Source: Haliotis rubra (taxonomy: Eukaryota). From it: 64,000 nucleotides of DNA. Position numbers and translations under genes: made by a program. Of this stretch, positions 11,030 through 23,850 are shown in pieces. The notes beneath the pieces are model-generated. The model saw nothing but the letters and a program-made list of their open reading frames with translations. It ran no database searches and was not told where the DNA came from. The stretch lies in the NCBI RefSeq assembly GCF_003918875.1, contig NW_025767079.1, positions 6,448,001-6,512,000 of the forward strand. Reading direction: 5' to 3'. The number at the start of each line of letters is the position of its first letter. Positions within the stretch are counted from its first letter, which is position 1.

Positions 11030-11700
11030 ATCGGAACATTTCGGAAAACAAAAACCAGAGCTGGAGATGAAGAAACTGAGGAGAGATGGGGACAGAGGGT
11101 GTTTGCGGTTCGAGAAATAACGCGGCGTCTTAGTGAAAGATGAATGAAAGAAGAAAGATGAAAGAAATGAACGACAGGAAGGAAGGAAATACAAGAATGG
11201 AAAGAAGAAAGGATGGGGACGATATAAGATACAAATGCAAGACAGAAAGTGTAGGAACAAAATAGAAAAAGAATGATGAAAAATGGGACCTGTCAACAAA
11301 GGAACGGAGAAAAATTGATCCAGAGAACGATCGTGATTATAAAGCATAAACTGGTTTTTAATGGTGAATGCGCAGATGTATGCGCTTTAAATATCGGATC
11401 GACATGGGTAGATCAGGGGAGACTAATCGGAAACAATTAGAGAAAGACGGAAGAGTAAATGGTGAAGACGGGATACAGAAATTGGAGAAAGAAGCAAGTG
11501 ATGCTGACATCTTGGATGAAGCAGTGTTTTGTGAAGAGCAGTTGTCGTTGGGATTACAGGGGAAGAAGACAGGCGATAAAAAGGAGGTTAATTGGGGGTG
11601 CAGGGCGGCAGGCCTGAGGGGGTTGGATCAGAGGGACAAGAAAATAATACCTTCTAGTGTTGAAGGAAGGATGGGGGAGGGAGGGAGGTGTTCAAGCATC
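11030..11700 (+). repeat. Purine-rich low-complexity tract
   Basis: Strong GA bias on the + strand with no fixed period. Confidence 0.55.
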
Positions 11701-12126
11701 AGTGGAGGAACTCGTCACGACCAGACGGTGACTTTGATATTCTTTGTGTCCAAGAGTAGGAAGTTCGATTGTAAACTTGGCGGAATAATTGATAACCGAC
11801 ACTGAAGCGGAGGCTTTTTGATGTTTAGGTCAGCTAGAAAATAGTTCGTTCAGATTATTATTTTTGGGGGAATAATTTGGAATTTGCTGGAATGAGTGAG
11901 TTTATCGCTGACGTGTAAGATCTTGTTTTGTGTCAAAACGCGCGGGTTGTACGTGAAACAAAGGATAGGGGGCTGACAATCAACGGATCTTATTTTGTAT
12001 GAATTAGGATTTGAACACAAAGATAGCAGCTGTGCAACTTACACAGCGAATCCCGAGATCTTGGTAAGCTGGACGAACCGTGAGAAGAGTAGATTAACAT
12101 AATGTAAGTGGGAAGGTACAACGCAT

Positions 12127-13970
12127 GTCGTTAGCCAGAAGGGTACAGTCACACGTCGTCAGTCAGAAGGGTACAGTCACACATCGTCAGTCAGAAGGGT
12201 ACAGTCATACGTCGTCAGTCAGAAGGGTGTAGTCACACGTAGTCAATCAGAAGGGTACAGTCATACGTCGTCAGTCAGAAGGGTACAGTCAAACGTCGTC
12301 AGTCAGAAGGGTACAGTCATACGTCGTCAGTCAGAAGGGTACAGTCATACGTAATCAGTCAGAAGGGTACAGTCATACGTCGTCAGTCAGAAGGGTACAG
12401 TCATACGTCGTCAGTCAGAAGGGTACAGTCACACATCGTCAGTCAGAAGGGTACAGTCACACGTCGTCAGTCAGAAGGGTACAGTCACACGCAGTCAGTC
12501 AGAAAGGTACAGTCATACGTCGTCAGTCAGAAGGGTACAGTCAAACGTCGTCAGTCAGAAGGGTACAGTCATACATCGTCAGTCAGAAGGGTACAGTCAT
12601 ACGTCGTCAGTCAGAAGGGTACAGTCATACGTCGTCAGTCAGAAGGGTACAGTCATACGTCGTCAGTCAGAAGGGTACAGTCATACGTCGTCAGTCAGAA
12701 GGGTACAGTCATACGTCGTCAGTCAGAAGGGTACAGTCACACATCGTCAGTCAGAAGGGTACAGTCACACGTCGTCAGTCAGAAGGGTACAGTCACACGC
12801 AGTCAGTCAGAAAGGTACAGTCATACGTCGTCAGTCAGAAGGGTACAGTCAAACGTCGTCAGTCAGAAGGGTACAGTCATACGTCGTCAGTCAGAAGGGT
12901 ACAGTGATACGTAGTCAGTCAGAAGGGTACAGTCATACGTCGTCAGTCAGAAGGGTACAGTCATACGTCGTCAGTCAGAAGGGTACAGTCACACATCGTC
13001 AGTCAGAAGGGTACATTCATACATCGTCAATCACAAGGGTACAGTCATACTCGTCAGTCAGAAGGGTACAGTCACACATCGTCAGTCAGAAGGGTACATT
13101 CATACATCGTCAGTCAGAATGGTACAGTGATACGTAGTCAGTCAGAAGGGTACAGTCATACGTAGTCAGTCAGAAGGGTACAGTCACACATCGTTAGTCA
13201 GAAGGGTACATTCATACATCGTTAGTCAGAAGGGTACAGGGATACGTAGTCAGTCAGAAGGGTACAATCCCACGTCAGTCAGAAGGGTACGGTCATACTC
13301 GTCAGTCAGAAGGATACAATCATACGTCGTCAGTCAGAAGGGTACAGTCATACATCGTCAGTCAGAAGGGTACAGTCATACGTCGTCAGTCAGAAGGTTC
13401 ATTCATACATCGTCAGTCAGAAGGGTACAGTGATACGTAGTCAGTCAGAAGGGTACAGTGATACGTAGTCAGTCAGAAGGGTACAGTCACACGTCGCCAG
13501 TCAGAAGGGTACAGTCACACGCAGTCAGTCAGAAGGGTACAGTCACACGTCATCAGTTAGAAGGGTACAGTCAAACGTCGTCAGTCAGAAGGGTACAGTG
13601 ATACGTAGTCAGTCAGAAGGGTACAGTCACACTCGTCAGTCAGAAGGGCACAATCATACGTCGTCAGTCAGAAGGGTACAGTCATACATCGTCAGTCAGA
13701 AGGGTACAGTGATACGTAGTCAGTCAGAAGGGTACAGTGATACGTAGTCAGTCAGAAGGGTACAGTCATACGTCGTCAGTCAGAAGGGTACAGTCATACG
13801 TCGTCAGTCAGAAGGGTACAGTCACACGTCGCCAGTCAGAAGGGTACAGTCACACATCGTCAGTCAGAAGGTTCATTCATACATCGTCAGTCAGAAGGGT
13901 ACAGTGATACGTAGTCAGTCAGAAGGGTACAATCACACGTAAGTCAGAAGGGTACAGTCATACTCGTCAT
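12127..13970 (+). repeat. 28-bp minisatellite (AGTCAGAAGGGTACAGTCATACGTCGTC)n, about 65 units
   Basis: Period 28 (12301, 12329...); highly homogeneous, more variant distally. Confidence 0.97.
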
Positions 13971-14721
13971 ACTGTCTTTCTGCTCAGATCACTTCACGGA
14001 ATGGAGCCGGCAGATGCCCGCATCAGGTGTTCCGATGCAGTTGAGTACCATATACCTATCGTTGTACAGGTTCACGTGCTTTATAGGTCTCTGACCTTTA
14101 TAAATTTACGAAACATCCAGGTCCACCTCGTTTGAAAGATAAGGGAATTCCTACTTTCTGATGCTTTGGGATCATATTACATTTTTATTATGATAAAATC
14201 GGATCCTAACGGATATACAACCAGTTCCACAGTTCCATCAGCAAAAGATAATGCTCATGCTTTATTGTGTCTTTATTAACTTTTTTAATGATACCGAAGG
14301 CAAAATCAATACTGAGACAGCAACAGTAATGTGTATGCAAATCAGTTATTGTATCCTTGAACAAAATAACCTAAATCACACATATTTTCTGCGGTAATAT
14401 CGTCCAATGAGACACATTGTTCGCTCGGTAGTTTGATTTAATTACCTGTGGGAGTCAGCGTGACCTTCACTGAGAAATGAAGAATCACGTGGAGTTGACG
14501 TGGGCACTGATGTCGCTGTGGACAAGGCTGAACGGTGTTCAACGTTTGAAAGACTTACGTGTGTTGATTAATATATTTGGGTTGGATTTGGGTGACGTGT
14601 GAAGATTTGGGGTGGCTGGTTGGGGTTCGTGGTTTTGTTTCATGAATTTGGTTTGGAATGGTAATGAGTTGGGCTGTGGGTTGGACTGGGGCTGGTTGTG
14701 GTTGTTGTTGAGGCTGTGGCT

Positions 14722-14722
<1 letters not shown>

Positions 14723-14764
<42 letters not shown>

Positions 14765-14765
14765 A
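14723..14765 (+). repeat. (TGGTCG)n hexamer microsatellite
   Basis: Direct reading; gives the WSWSWS run in the ORF track. Confidence 0.9.
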
Positions 14766-14797
14766 AGTCGTTTGGGTTGTTATGTTTGGTTCTGATT

Positions 14798-14967
14798 GGG
14801 GCGGTGGGGTAGCCTAGTGGTTAAAGCAGTCGTTCGTCACGCCGAAGACCCGGGTTCGATTCCCCACATGGGTACGATGTGTGAAGCCCATTTCTGGTGT
14901 CCCCCGCCGTGATATTGCTGGAATATTGCTAAAAGCGGCGTAAAACTAAAATCACTCACTCACTCAC
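14798..14967 (+). mobile_element. Family A SINE, near-consensus (young)
   Basis: Full-length match; TCTGAT flanks both sides; inserted in the degenerate edge of the GT-rich satellite. Confidence 0.92.
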
Positions 14968-14984
14968 TCTGATAGTTTGTGATT

Positions 14985-16750
14985 TTGGTTGCGGTTAGTT
15001 TGGGCTGAACTGATGGTTGCGGTTGGTTGAGCTGAGGTTGGTTTGGGTTGTTTGGGCTGAGGTGATGGTTGCGGTTGGTTTGGGCTGAGATGATGGTTGT
15101 GGGTGATTTGGACTGAGGTGATGGTTGTGGGTGATTTGGGCTGAGGTGATGGTTGTGGATGGTTTGAGCTGAGGTGATGGTTGTGGAATATTTGGACTGA
15201 GGTGATGATTGTGGGTGGTTTGGACTGAGGTGATGGTTGTGGTTGTGTTTGACCTGAGTTTCATTTGGGTTGTTTGGGCTGAGATGGTGGTTGTGGATGG
15301 TTTGGGCTGAGGTGATGGTTGCGGTTAGTTTGGGCTGAACTGATGGCTGCGGTTGGTTGAGCTGAGGTTGGTTTGGGTTGTTAAGGCTGAGGTGATGGTT
15401 GTGGTTGGTTTGGGCTGGGGTGACGGTTGCGGTTGGTTTGGGCTGAGATGATGGTTGTGGGTGATTTGGACTGAGGTGATGGTTGTGGGTGATTTGGGCT
15501 GAGGTGATGGTTGTGGTTGGTTTGAGCTGAGGTGATGGTTGTGGATGGTTTGAGCTGAGGTGATGGTTGTGGGTGATTTGGACTGAGGTGATGGTTGCAG
15601 TTGGTTTGGGCTGAGGTGATGGTTGTGGTTGGTTTGAGCTGAGGTGATGGTTGTGGGTGATTTGGACTGAGGTGATGGTTGTGGGTGATTTATACTGAGG
15701 TGATGGTTGCGGTTGGTTTCGGCTGAGGTGATGGTTGTGGATGGTTTGAGCTGAGGTGATGGTTGTGGATGGTTTGGGCTGAGGTGATGGTTGTGGTTGG
15801 TTTGAGCTGAGGTGATGGTTGTGGATGGTTTGAGCTGAGGTGATGGTTGTGGATGGTTTGAGCTGAGGTGATGGTTGTAGTTTGTTTTAGCTGAGGTAAT
15901 ATTTGTGGATGGTTTGATCTGAGGTGATGGTTGTGAGTGGTTTGAGCTGAGGTGATGGTTGTGGATGGTTTGAGCTGAGGTAATATTTGTGGATGGTTTG
16001 AGCTGAGGTGATGGTTGTGGGTGGTTTGAGCTGAGGTGATGGTTGTGGTTTGTTTGAGCTGAGGTGATGGTTGTGGGTGGTTTGAGCTGAGGTAATGGTT
16101 GTGGTTTGTTTGAGCTGAGGTGATGGTTGTGGATGGTTTGAGCTGAGGTGATGGTTGTGGGTGATTTGGACTGAGGTGATGGTTGCAGTTGGTTTGGGCT
16201 GAGGTGATGGTTGTGGATGGTTTGAGCTGAGGTGATGGTTGTGGGTGATTTGGACTGAGGTGATGGTTGCAGTTGGTTTGGGCTGAGGTGATGGTTGTGG
16301 ATGGTTTGAGCTGAGGTGATGGTTGTGGGTGATTTGGACTGAGGTGATGGTTGCAGTTGGTTTGGGCTGAGGTGATGGTTGTGGATGGTTTGAGCTGAGG
16401 TGATGGTTGTGGGTGATTTGGACTGAGGTGATGGTTGCGGTTGGTTTCGGCTGAGGTGATGGTTGTGGATGGGAGGTGATGGTTGTGGATGGTTTGAGCT
16501 GAGGTGATGGTTGTGGGTGATTTGGACTGAGGTGATGGTTGCAGTTGGTTTGGGCTGAGGTGATGGTTGTGGATGGTTTGAGCTGAGGTGATGGTTGTGG
16601 GTGGTTTGAGCTGAGGTAATGGTTGTTGTTTGTTTGAGCTGAGGTGATGGTTGTGGATGGTTTGAGCTGAGGTGGTGGTTGTGGGTGATTTGGACTGAGG
16701 TGATGGTTGCAGTTGGTTTGGGCTGAGGTGATGGTTGTGGATGGTTTGGG
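14985..16750 (+). repeat. 28-bp GT-rich minisatellite (GCTGAGGTGATGGTTGTGGATGGTTTGA)n with a local 84-bp trimer higher-order repeat
   Basis: Period 28 (15821, 15849); the trimer shows as the 28-aa repeat in ORF 15887..16897. Confidence 0.96.
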
Positions 16751-17005
16751 CTTTGCTAGGTTTGGGGTTGCTGTTGGACTGGGCCGTGGTTGTGGTTTAT
16801 TGTTGTTGGGTATGCATATACTGAAGAAGGGTAGGGTTTTGATCACTGTTTTGACTGATGAAGCTATTTGCCAACTCCTAAGACAGTCTAAAGCCATTGT
16901 GAAACCAAGGTTCTTGGTTAATATTTTAACATATTTGAATCAATTTCATTTTCATTCATTTTTCTTTTAGGAATATTCTAGGAAGACTGCATCTTTAGCG
17001 ATATT

Positions 17006-17163
17006 TATTGCCCTCCCTCAAAACGTGAGTTATCTGTCCTTGGCAACCGCTATTTAAAACATGATGCGCATGTTCTGGTCAACACGTATCTACTTCCGGG
17101 AAGTGTATTTTGCGCCGGAGTGAATAGGAAGGGAGATAACTCACGTTTCGAGAGAGGCCAATA
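17006..17163. mobile_element. TIR-bounded MITE-like element
   Basis: TATTGCCCTCCCTCAAAACGTGAGTTATCT...CCTT versus AAGGGAGATAACTCACGTTTCGAGAGAGGCCAATA (imperfect inverted repeats). Confidence 0.65.
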
Positions 17164-17786
17164 GTCAGAAAACAATTACCTGTCTTCGTTCTATTGCTTC
17201 ACCGAGAGTCGTTCGACAATAGAAGCATATCAATAATAGTGAACATTTTCTCAAAGGATTCAGTTTATATTTCAGTATTTCTGCGTCGTAGGATGATAAA
17301 CTAGTAAATGGACAAAAATAGTTAGGGATATATGTACATTTTGAAATTATGAAGAATGATCTATTTATTCATTGACACACTGATAAAATATCAATCATAA
17401 AAATACCAATATCCCTAACTTTTTTTGTCAAGTATATTTCAAATACCATACCGGGTTTAATAAATTTCCTTACGTCAGACTGTGTCGTCTGTAGAAAGCG
17501 TTCTATCAACTTGGAATGAAAGAATATTACAATGACATTTACATCCAACACAGCCTTCAGCAGACAGTATGATCTGTTCTATAGAAAATACAATTAACCA
17601 AACCTCTGTAGACAAAAAGGAATGAGGAGTTTTGTCATAAAAGGTATTTCAGGCACGATGGTGAAAACCGACGACCCTTTAACCGTGACAAATGACAAAA
17701 GAATCCTAAGAACAATTAAGGCCTTGAAATGGAAAGAAGAATGGTCAACACCACATAAATTGAGTTCCGAGGCTCTCGAGAACCAA

Positions 17787-17980
17787 CGTTTGTTCTGTTT
17801 GTTTTTTAACGCCGCACTCATAAATATTTTAGCTATACGACGGCAGTTTGTAAATATTCGAGTCTGGATCAGACAATCTAGTGACTGACATCATGAGCAT
17901 CGATCTGTGCTATTGGGACACCACCCGATTCCGTTCGTCGATTTTTACGACAAGCTCAGGGACCAATGAATATCCTACTC
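17787..17980 (-). mobile_element. Family B retroposon, diverged
   Basis: Reverse complement of B body and tail (gcttgtcgtaaaaatcgacgaacggaatcgggtgg...gagtgcggcgttaaaaaacaaac). Confidence 0.75.
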
Positions 17981-18480
17981 CAAAGTACAAAGAAATAGCA
18001 CTGGAAACGTCTTATTCTGAAAGTTATTGCTTATATTTTATTCCATTTTAACTTTATAGCGATCGTTTATATAGTTGCCGTTAGAACCGAGGTTCAAACT
18101 GCCAATTTTCATATTTAAGCTGATTGTAATAGCGAAGAAGACCTTTAATCAGTTAGTTTTACCATAATTCGTCATCCCCAAATCAGCAAAATAAATTCTG
18201 CAAGAGATGTGAATTCAAGTCGGGTACACAGGCTGCCCAATCGCCCAAGGCGTCGCTATTCGCTGTGCAGGGTTGCCCCCCCCTTGGACACGCTAAAAGT
18301 CTTTGGCCGCTGGTTCGAATCCCGTTAATCCCTGAGCAAGTTTGAAGGTTTGCCTGCACCATACCGTTGCTCGTGGATCCACCGAGGTCGTAAACGTCTA
18401 AGACATGCATTACTTCGGGATTTCCTCCCACAACAAACCAGGATGCTTTATATCACCAGACTACTGTTAATACTGTTAAA

Positions 18481-18645
18481 GGGGCGGTGGGGTAGCCTAG
18501 TGGCTAAAGCGTTCGCTCGTCACGCTGAAGACCCGGGTTCGATTCCCCACATGGGTAAAATGTGTGAAGCCTATTTCTGGTGTCCCCCCGCCGTGATATT
18601 GCTGGGATATTGCTAAAAGCGGCGTAAAACTAAAGTCACTCACCC
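18481..18645 (+). mobile_element. Family A SINE with TSD
   Basis: Full consensus; ATACTGTTAAA on both sides. Confidence 0.92.
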
Positions 18646-19429
18646 ATACTGTTAAAGAAAACTCTGGAAGAATAGAAGCTGACAAACAGGAAATTGGGAA
18701 GGATACAAAACAGCAACAAAATGACGTACGTCACGGTAAAATAATACGTACCACTATCCGTACACAGAGAGGTATTTACAGGCTCAAATGACAGGTAATT
18801 ATTTGTTTTCGGACACCAAGACCCAATTATCTACACAGAATGGATCCCCGCCAGACTCATCTTTCTTTGAAGACAAAAATTATCCCGGCTTGCAACCTGG
18901 GAGACGGAAAGCTAAATGACCGGTTGACCGGTCGAGATCTGGGAATCGACAATCAGGTCGACCCGATACTGTAAACAATATTTCCCTAACAACTACTTTC
19001 AAGCGATTTGTGTCAAAGTAAGCCTGATGCGGCTTGGTGATATCTCCGACAGGTTATCAATGAATTGTGTACGTCGTGCTATATGATATTGTTTATGTTG
19101 AGCTAGAGTTCGTGTCAACTTACAGTCAGGAAACTTCGGAAGCTTCCGCCTGGATCGAGCTGTGACTTAGAACCTGAGTGTGAAAATACTAAAACACGTG
19201 ATATTTCACAGCATATTTAATTGTTTGAATGATTATGTAATGATAAGGACATTGTGTAATGAATAAGCAATCTTAATCCCATTATTCTCCTGTCTGTCAT
19301 ATCACTGGCTTCCTCCCAATAATCCCCCATAGCATACTCTGTTTGTGTAACAATTGCCTTCTTGTATAAACATCCTCCAACCTTGTACATCAAACTCATT
19401 AATTGTGCAAACATCACTCACTTACTGTT

Positions 19430-19570
19430 CAACTTTACTATGTATATATATACCTTGCCTCTAGTGTTGTACATCATTTGCTTGATAACGGTGTTAGTAG
19501 CTACACCCAAACGTCGCTCATAATATATTAAAGAAGTTGTATATCCATAGAACTCTCCTCGTTGTTCATA
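19430..19570 (+). mobile_element. Penelope-like terminal-repeat fragment with degenerate hammerhead motif
   Basis: TATATATA..., then GC-TTGATAA-C-GGTGT(loop)ACACC-CAAACGTC-GC, then AAAGAAGTTGTATATCCATA shared with the 25.5-kb and 48.6-kb elements. Confidence 0.6.
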
Positions 19571-21544
19571 AAAATGAAGACTAATTTTTTTCGACAGTTT
19601 TACCTCATCACCCTCTTCCTCTTTATTTTTAGAGATTGATAGTTTCAGGTCTGTACAAAATTTGACAGCAACACGCAGACAGCTGTCTAGTTATCATTTT
19701 TTACATTAAGTTCAATTTGTTTTGACGCCATCTTTGTCACATTGTCTTCTCCGACGTCCGCCCTTAGGGGCACGGACCTCGGAGAAGACGATGTAAGAAA
19801 GACGTCGCAATATGGCTTCTGTTGTCACAGACATACATGTATTTCAATGGCGTTTTCAAATAGCTTTATTCCTGGGTGTGCCGCACAGTCCGCCCCCTGT
19901 CGGCGGGAGTCCAGCTGAAGTCGAACCGTCAATGGCAACCTCGTTAACAGGTGGTTGGGTAGCTGTTGCCTACAGGTGTCAGACGGATCGACATTAAAGC
20001 CATACCGACTGACGTTGTGCAAGCCACGTGTTGTTAAAGGTCGTCTTGGGTCAGGGTTTCCACTGGGCTGGTGGTAAAACTGCTGAGGCCAACTAGGTCA
20101 AGTACGGAATAGCATACAGGCCATAATTGTTACAGTTGTAAGAACAACGCCAGTTTACGTAGAAAGCGATATATCTGCATTTTATAAATATGTTAATGGT
20201 CATTTTGACACACAATTGTCTGTAAATGTCAACAATATTAAGAACCAAATTCAGCTAGCATTATGCCAACATTATCCTTCCTGAAACTTTTGAAATTAAA
20301 TGTCGCATTATCCACTCATATTACTCAGAACTGGACGACGATTATAGCAACCGGTTTTCTAAGAACAAAGATTATATCTCCACTCTAAAGGTCAATAGGC
20401 AAATGTAAGTATCTGATGTTCATTTTATTGGGGTTTTCAGTATTTTTTACTGTATCATTCTTTTGCGATAAAAAAAGGAGGGGGGATTCATTCATTTCCT
20501 TGAGAAACAATCGACTGAGTTGGGGTTTTTTAACCTCTAAGACTGGCAAATTTTATGTTTCTATACGAAGCCATAGAATACTGGAATGACAAGTTCGGAG
20601 AAATTGTGCCTCAGTCTCGATCCATTCTGTCCAAATCGACACAAAACAACAAGTGACGTTTCCTAAAATAACCACCGAGCTCGGTAGTCACAAACACTGC
20701 GTGATGTCTACGCTTAATGGGTTTCCCTGTTGAAATCAGACGGACATTTGCAATAACAATTTCCACTGACGACAATAGTCACTGGCCAGTTATTTTTACA
20801 GGAGCTCCAGACAGTCCGTGAGCGTAGAATTAGCCCGCATTAGTGGCACGGGGCGAGACATAACAGCCTCGGTCGAATCACCTAAGTGCGGGTCGCAGAC
20901 ATACTTACGAGGAGTAATAAGCTTAATAGGCCAGGATAAGCAATAAGGGTGCTATTCCTGATCAACACCCTCAGGGAAGCTGGTACCACCCCCGGGCCGA
21001 CTTACATGCTCAGTGAAGCATGTAAAGATGTGATGAGTTAGCACTTTCTGTTGGAAGTTGAGAAAAAAAAGGCTTTTGGTGTGGTACGAGTTGAGAGGTT
21101 GAGGGTAGTGAGCTGTATGCTACTTGTTGAGTGTTCTGAGTTTTTATATGTAAAAGGAGGAAGAGGCCGTAAGCGAGTCCATCACTTTCAAACCCGAGGA
21201 ATAAGTAAATTTGTTGAATAAAGTCGCCACGTATTGCAGAGAACAACCCAGTTTGTATGCAATGCCCGGCTCACCTGCCTATGAGGCACGATGCCTATTC
21301 TGAACAGTACATTAATTGTTAAACATGACGTGCGTGAAACACATATACGATGGACCCCACCAGTTACCAGTTCATTTGAACCTAGAATCATAATTATAAA
21401 TATGACAGAATAATTGCGTTTTTTGTTGTTGTTTTTGTGCTTAACCGTAGTTTCTCAAGGTCGTCTTTCTATGTTGCAACATCGTCCACAACAGCTAGCG
21501 TTGCCACTGCACTAGGGATGAAACAAATCGCCATTTCTGAACCC

Positions 21545-21810
21545 GAGGCACGTTAACGTGCCTCATGTAACGTTTATAGAAGGTTAACAGATACCACCTG
21601 AGGCACGTTAACCTACTACAAAGGTAACCTGGTGCACGTTAACCTTCTAAAGAGGTCACCTGAGGCACGTTAACCTTCTACAAACGTCATCTGAGGCACG
21701 TTAACCTACTACAGACGTCACGTGTGAGGCACGTTAACCTCCTACAGACGTCATCTGAGGCAAGTTAACCTTGTACAAACGTCACCTGCGGCATGTTAAC
21801 CTATTATACA
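21545..21810 (+). repeat. 31-bp tandem repeat (TGAGGCACGTTAACCTxCTACAAAxGTCACC)n, about 8 units
   Basis: Period 31 (21601, 21632, 21663, 21694). Confidence 0.85.
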
Positions 21811-21969
21811 GATGTTATACATGTTCCCCGTACACAAATGCCACTTAACATATTAACTGTATACAGGTGTCACCTAACACGACCCGTTAACCCTATACCT
21901 GGGAGAAAGTGGTGGTAAGAAAATGAAGAAGAATAGTGACCTGATGGGTAAGTTGTGAGAGAATGATGA

Positions 21970-22140
21970 GTGAATGAGTGAGTGAGTATGATTTTACGCC
22001 GCTTTTAGCAATATTCCAGCAATATCACGATGGGTGACACCAGAAATAGGCTTCACACATTGTACCCATGTCGGAAATCGAACCCGGGTCTTCAGCGTGA
22101 CGAGCGGACGCTTTAACCACTAGGCTACCCCACCGCCCCC
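21970..22140 (-). mobile_element. Family A SINE with 13-bp TSD
   Basis: GAGAGAATGATGA at 21957-21969 and 22141-22153. Confidence 0.92.
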
Positions 22141-23122
22141 GAGAGAATGATGAATGATGGAGACAAAAACTGAGCTTTAAAAATAACGACAATCCAGCTG
22201 ACGGTGTGACTACTTATCAAATTGTGTAACAACAGATTTCAGTTAGAATCTATGCCATGTTTGGCTATTTACAATAACCGTAAAGAGTGGTTACTGGATA
22301 CGTCTAATCTGCAGCAAACGTTCTCACAAAGACTGTCTTGCTCCAAACTCAGCGCCAAAATTAAATCACGAAGAAGTGCTTCATTGGAGGGTTTCAGTAA
22401 TGCAATTTGAGTGTTCCCGGAATACCTACTCGCTCGCATTCAAACCCCCTGATCAGTGTAAGTTTAGTCAGAATAAATGGCTTATGACATTGTCAGGCAA
22501 AATTATGTAAAATAAAGCACTGGGCTGCAGCAGACAGGGTAAAGAAGTACCTGTCACTTCATCAAAATGTTTCTGCTAATATTTATGTTGTATTTATTCA
22601 ATTAATGTTGACACCGAGAGCCGGGACGGACAGTTATTGGTAGTTGAAGGTCCCAAGGGCGGTAATCTGTCCTGTCGCGCCTTGCCGTAATTTGTTCTGT
22701 GCAATGTATTACGACATCTGTCTGAAACGAGTGACGGTCGACTGTTGAAAACTGGTGTTGAAGTTCGTCTCTAGGGATGGGATGAGAAGAAATCAAATAA
22801 GACTCGTGCTCGCAATTCAACAAAATAACATTACTGCAGTCCGATGTTTGGCATCAGGTTCACGGACCGAGAAAGTGAATTTCATTAATATTAATATAGT
22901 TTTTTAATTTGAGAACGCGATGCTCGAACACGGTGCATGATTTGCATGTGTGGCGGTTTCTGTCGGTGGGGCAGGAAAGGTACTCGCCCTTTTCGATAAC
23001 ACCGGGTGTCATAACTGATTTGAGTGACATATTCATTTATCATTTGCACCGCTGTTTGATCTGTTATGCCCAGTGGAATATTTTTCAAGGATTAATCAAG
23101 ACTGGTTATTCTCAGGCATTAT

Positions 23123-23283
23123 GGGGCGGTGGGGTAGCCTTGTGGCTAAAGCGTCCGATCTTCACGCCGAAGACCCGGGTTCGATTCACCACATGGGTAC
23201 AATGTGTGAAGCCCATTTCTGTTGTCCCCCGCCGTGATATTGCTGGAATATTGCTAAAAGCGGCGTAAAACCAAACTCACTCA
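23123..23283 (+). mobile_element. Family A SINE with TSD
   Basis: Full consensus; CTCAGGCATT on both sides. Confidence 0.9.
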
Positions 23284-23719
23284 CTCAGGCATTGTTATAT
23301 AATTCCACTATGTTTATGGGAATACGTAAGTGTATAATGTTATGAAATTTGTTTTCAAAGACGATTAACAGTGTTTTAAATATGAGAAAATCTGCCATCC
23401 ATGCCGTTGAAAGCGAATCTCGTTCGACGGGTGTCTTCTTTTTACCAAAAGAGACTGAGAGAGTATTACGCTGTTTCACTAACATTCCACCATTTTAAGT
23501 ACCCATGAATTAGCCTTGCTCTACGACTCTACTGAATGCTAAGCCCATGTATCTATAGTAATTATATCGTTTAAAGAGGCAAGTCTACATAAGCGGACAG
23601 TACAAAGGACACCAGTGATCACCCATTTAGGGAATAAAACCCGGGTCTTCGGTGTGACGATCGAACGCTTTAACCACAAGGCTACCCCTGGAACCTTTGC
23701 TTGTATATGAGGCTGTGAG

Positions 23720-23850
23720 ACTCGATGACTTGGCTGAATGCCCCTATGAGGTAAATCGTTGTCCATGTTATCAACCATTGGTTTGCCTGGTCCAATCCCG
23801 ATTAATCACCCGTAGCATAGCTGGAATTTTGCTGAGTGCGGCATTAAACA
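23720..23850 (+). mobile_element. Family B retroposon, old 3' fragment
   Basis: gacttggctga...ctggtcca...atagctggaattttgctgagtgcggcattaaaca. Confidence 0.6.

Noticed and set aside
14798-14870. tRNA-Asp(GTC) gene (applies to all family A heads)
   Set aside because: No acceptor-stem complement or poly-T terminator; always fused to the same body and tail with TSDs, so it is a SINE head
15887-16897. 336-aa mucin/extensin-like ORF
   Set aside because: Translation of the 28-bp satellite's C/A-rich strand, which lacks stops by composition; the unit is not a multiple of 3
17369-17790. Protein-like + strand fragments (KAFYQLGMKEYYNDIYIQ; MRSFVIKGISG)
   Set aside because: Interrupted by stops with no recognisable motif; cannot be supported without a homology search
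18300-18330. Isolated Pol III B box GGTTCGAATCCC
   Set aside because: No convincing upstream A box, cloverleaf or SINE body
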